This document shows, piece after piece, positions 63,549 through 64,000 of a DNA stretch of 64,000 nt. Source of the DNA: Bacillota bacterium (GTDB lineage Bacteria; Bacillota; Clostridia; Oscillospirales; Ruminococcaceae); assembly GCA_023413185.1 (NCBI GenBank), contig JAEZQD010000152.1, forward strand, positions 6,368 through 70,367, written 5' to 3'. Each line of letters begins with the position of its first letter. The first letter of the stretch is position 1. The translations under genes and the position numbers were made by a program. The notes under the pieces are model-generated. The model did no database searches, was not told where the DNA came from, and saw only the letters and a list, made by a program, of their open reading frames with translations.

Positions 63549-64000
63549 ATGAAGGTATATGTAACAAGAGCATGCGGACACGAGGAGCAGGTAGAGGTTT
63601 TTGGCACAAGCGCACAGCGCGAGAGCAAAATCAAGTGGTACGAAAGCACAGACTGCAAAGCTTGCTACGCTGCTTCCCAGCACACCAACGAGACCGAAGT
63701 TACTATGAGCTACAGCGAATACAAAAACAACTACGCAGATTGCAAAACCAAATCGGGCAGCTACGATGCAAAGGCAAAGACAATCGTTGTTTATGTCCCC
63801 GCAAAAACAGAAGAGACTGTTGAACTTGAAATCACCGAAGAGCAGGTCGCAGAGATTATCGCAACCGCAACTGGCTGTACCGCCGATGAAGTCAAGGCAA
63901 CAGTCATAAAGCACGGCAGTGCAAACCTCCGTAAGTTTGCAGAGCAGGCAAAAGACAAACTGGTCGCTTCTCCCGACAGAAAAAACAAGCACGAAAATGC
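63549..64000 (+). CDS. Hypothetical phage protein (CGH...CxxC zinc motif), runs off window end
   Basis: RBS AGGAGG; manual translation MKVYVTRACGHEEQVEVFG..DCKACY..MSYSEYKNNYADCKTKSGSYD.. with no stop before 64000. Confidence 0.75.
   Translation, partial: MKVYVTRACGHEEQVEVFGTSAQRESKIKWYESTDCKACYAASQHTNETEVTMSYSEYKNNYADCKTKSGSYDAKAKTIVVYVPAKTEETVELEITEEQVAEIIATATGCTADEVKATVIKHGSANLRKFAEQAKDKLVASPDRKNKHEN

Larger units (their letters stand above)
28150..64000. mobile_element. Temperate siphovirus prophage (HK97-type head), right end beyond the window
   Basis: Integrase next to the tRNA 3' end, then repressor/Cro, replication, packaging, head, tail and lysis modules in canonical order; no obvious broken core genes. 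Confidence 0.95.

Noticed and set aside
1..64000. CRISPR array or cas genes
   Set aside because: No regularly spaced 25-45 bp repeats with unique spacers were seen; the repeats found are coding, iterons, operators or hairpins
62650..64000. attR of the prophage
   Set aside because: No copy of the tRNA-Gly 3' end seen, and phage-like genes continue to the window edge

Overview
The window has two parts and looks like a Clostridia-type (probably Oscillospiraceae/Ruminococcaceae-like) chromosome; that taxonomy is inferred from gene content only. 1-28149 is host DNA: a polar amino-acid ABC transporter, a degenerate DacA-like protein, a 1271-aa cadherin-like surface protein with a class B sortase, two tandem MITE-like structured repeats, PerR/Fur with rubrerythrin, a pentose-oligosaccharide locus (GH27, GH31, GH43, ABC transporter, AraC), a VanY-like peptidase, two TrkA genes and tRNA-Gly(CCC). 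From about 28150 to the end is an apparently intact temperate siphovirus prophage beside that tRNA: integrase, LexA-like CI/Cro switch, RecT/YqaJ recombination, replication initiator with iterons, HK97-type head, tail with a -1 frameshift chaperone, holin and two lysins. attR is not in the window. Most notable observations: (1) an adhesin ending in a membrane-anchor-less NPDTGR sorting signal, preceded by an HFS autoproteolysis-like motif and paired with a lipoprotein sortase; (2) an Acr/Aca-like small-gene cassette after the lysis module, with triple palindromic operators and a compact pseudoknot before an RBS; (3) a promoter- and terminator-delimited antisense sRNA opposite a small membrane-protein gene; (4) a phage receiver-less Spo0A. 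All calls come from reading motifs by eye; no searches were run.
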